Origin: Pelomyxa schiedti
Taxonomy: Eukaryota; Protista; Evosea
Length of the DNA stretch: 39,982 bases
Reading direction: 5' to 3'
Assembly: GCA_020536535.1 (NCBI GenBank)
Contig: JAHLWZ010000942.1
Coordinates: forward strand, 1 to 39,982
Part shown: positions 37,586 through 39,982 of the stretch, one piece after another
How positions within the stretch are numbered: position 1 is the stretch's first letter
Layout: each line of letters starts with the position of its first letter
The notes under the pieces: model-generated
The model's database searches: none
What the model was told of the DNA's origin: nothing
What the model saw: the letters and a program-made list of their open reading frames with translations, nothing else
Made by a program: the position numbers and the translations under genes

Positions 37586-37837
37586 TACGTCTGTCTCAAT
37601 TTGAATTTAGATCGACACGGGTTTCGGATTGTGGGGGAATCTCTGAGAGGGGGAGAGGAATTACACGTGTGTGACCATATGGGCACACGCAGGAGAGGGC
37701 TGTCTCAGATTACTCGGCAAACCAGGAAGGGCTTGTAAGGAGAAAAGAATCGAACGAAACTTTTCTTGGGGCAACTCATCAAAAACCCAAAAAAGAGAAA
37801 ACAAGGTGGACAAAAAAAAAAACAAAAAGAGGGGCAG
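37586..37837. promoter_or_regulatory. Divergent promoter region, kinase gene / AP-3 mu
   Basis: 252 nt between oppositely oriented ATGs; A-rich leader before ATG 37838. Confidence 0.55.
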
Positions 37838-39685
37838 ATGATACACAGCCTGTTCATCGTCAATGACGTAGGGTGCGGAGCCGATTCTTTCTCTTCTTTC
37901 TTTTGTTTCATTGCGTAGTTTATGGTTGTTCCTTTCTTGTCGTGTTTCTTTTTTGATTATTACTTTTGCATTATTACAATTTGGATCTTACGCATGGTAA
38001 AGAGAGGTGCTCTTTGAAAAGCACTATCGAGGTACGGTGAATAGGAACGTATGTGACTACTACTGGGAGGCGGGTGTGACTTTATGCCCTCTTTTTCTGC
38101 AGTTTCGTATCTTTGTTTTCACACACTCTCAGTTTCTAAAGCACTGTCTCCTGAGGAAGTACCTCCCGTGATTGTCACTCCTCGATTTTATCTCTTCAAT
38201 GTTCTGCATACAGTATGGACAGTCACGCCAACACTCCATTTTCCGTTTGAAAGTTTATCGGTCCTAGCCTAAATTCGGAGGAAATATCTTCTTTTTGGCC
38301 ACAGCCACTTCAGAGGGGGACCCTCTCCTTGTCGTCGAATTTCTGCATAGAGTTATTGATATCTTTTCGGACTACTTTGGTGCTGGTTTCAACCAAGTAG
38401 CACTGAAAGATGGCTTCCTCAAAGTTTATCAAGTGACCAAATCATCTCTTGTGACCCATTTTTAATTTTCTGAAGGTTTTGGAGGAAATGATGGACAATG
38501 GTTTCCCCTTCATGACTGAACCAAACATCCTCAAAGAAATGGTGAAACCACCAAATATTGTTGACAGGGTCCGTTTTACCACAATTTTTTTTTCAACATT
38601 AAACTTTACTGTTCTCCCTGCTAGGTAACAGGCGCAGTTGCTGGTTCGTCGTCGGTGAGCGAGATTCTTCCAGGAGGCACTCTTTCTAACATGCCATGGA
38701 GACGAGATGGGGTACGATACACAAACAACGAAGTTTACATGGACATTGTTGAAGAGCTGGATGCAATTCTTGATGTGTATGCCTTTCATATCTTGTGCCT
38801 CGTGATTAAAACTCATTTTAGAAACGGAGCTACTGTATCCAGCGAAGTCTATGGGTGTGTGGATGTCAACTGTAAACTTAGCGGAATGCCTGACCTTAAC
38901 TTGACATTTGAAGTGTGCCGCTATCCCCTATACCTTCCTCTTCTAAAGCGCGGCGCACTAGAATCCTGCTCTTCTAGATGATGTCAGCTTGCACCAATGT
39001 GTGCGTTACAATTATTGGGAGCAGCACAGACAAATTTCCTTCATCCCCCCCGATGGTGCGTTCCGGCTGATGACATACAGGTTGGGAATAACTCTTTTCT
39101 TTCTTTGCACTGTTGACCTCTTATCTCCTTAGGGTTAAGGGAGGAGTACAACCACCCATAACAGTTAGGCCAGTCATTCGCTTCACTGAAACAGGTGGCC
39201 GAGTTGATGTGACTATTGGCGTTAAGCCCATCCTTGCGAGCGTCAAAGCCCCACCTGAAGCGGTCTGTTAGTAAAGCTGTCACTTTCTTATCATAACATT
39301 TTCTTCCAGGTTGTTGTAACTATCCCTTTTCCCAAGGCCGTCTTGAGCGCCAAACTTGCTGTCACATACGGCAGCTTCACATATGACGAGAAATCAAAGG
39401 TAGAAAGCATCAAAAGCGCACAGAAAGCACTTACCTTTGCAGGTTTGCGTGTGGACGATCGGGCGGATGCAGCGAGACAGGATACCAAATTTGAGTGGGA
39501 CTGTTACCTTGCAATCAGCAACGCCCAGAATAGAAGGGAACCCAACCATCACAGTTCAATTCACACTCCCAGGGTACGCAGCCAGCGGTGTGGCTGTGTC
39601 CACCCTCACTGTACATGAGAAATACAAGCCCTACAAAGGTGTGAGAGTCTTCACCAAAGGAGGGCGATACCAAATCCGCTCATAA
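37838..39685 (+). CDS. AP3M: Adaptor protein complex AP-3 mu subunit; multi-exon
   Basis: MIHSLFI..EKHYR; VPPVIVTP; PLLVVEFLHRVIDIFSDYFG; LEEMMDNGFP..TEPNILKEMVKPP; PWRRDGVRYTNNEVY; KLSGMPDL; ISFIPPDG; EKYKPYKGV..TKGGRYQIRS. Confidence 0.95.
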
Positions 39686-39832
39686 ACAACCCCACACTAC
39701 AACTGTGTTTAAATTTTACCCCTATGTAGCCCAGCCGCGATCACATAAAAATAAAAGAAACAAAAAAACAAACCCGGTTTTAGTCAGGATTGGCCAGATC
39801 AGCAGATTTCGAATTCGACAGACCGAAATTGA

Positions 39833-39982
39833 ATGGAGGACTTACTCACGACGCCGCCAACGACCACGGGGCTGGAGGCAACGACCACGACCACAAGCAC
39901 CACTACGACCACCTCCAGCTCGCAACCCACAGGAGGCACGGGGGGGCCATCGGGGCACAGCACAGGGGGAGGGCGCGGGGGG
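39833..39982 (+). CDS. Probable 5' end of the next gene (Thr/Gly-rich N-terminus), truncated by the window edge
   Basis: ATG 39833 opens MEDLLTTPPTTTGLEATTTTT..., open to the window end and GC-rich like other first exons here. Confidence 0.5.
   Translation, partial: MEDLLTTPPTTTGLEATTTTTSTTTTTSSSQPTGGTGGPSGHSTGGGRGG

Overview
This window is compact, intron-rich eukaryotic (protist) DNA, not prokaryotic. The genes I traced are split by short GT-AG introns, mostly about 37-65 nt, so the ORF track shows only fragments; I rebuilt the genes by hand-splicing. In order: ARF1-class GTPase (-), TBC+TLDc protein of the TBC1D24/Skywalker type (+), RING/TRAF zinc-finger protein (+), LRR + dual-specificity phosphatase (+), exportin-7/RanBP16-like (-), a divergent multi-pass membrane protein resembling the Bax-inhibitor-1/TMBIM family (-), an unexplained ~0.9 kb interval with a minisatellite, an uncharacterised low-complexity protein (-), UTP20 (+, ~11 kb), a divergent ORC4 (-), a C2 + Hsp70-lid-like + Gly/Met/Gln/Pro-repeat fusion (-), an alpha/beta hydrolase (-), a large protein with a C-terminal PINK1-like kinase domain (-), AP-3 mu (+), and the start of one more gene. 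Intergenic gaps are often only 100-450 nt. The style suggests an amoebozoan, possibly an archamoeba such as Pelomyxa; that is inference only. I saw no rRNA, tRNA, CRISPR array or transposon. I found no convincing multi-gene novel system. The best leads are single-locus: the C2/Hsp70-lid fusion, the PINK1-like kinase with a catalytic-loop Asn->Thr change, the TMBIM-like protein lacking its sensor aspartates, frequent AAG splice acceptors, and a possible unannotated transcript at 12.85-13.6 kb.
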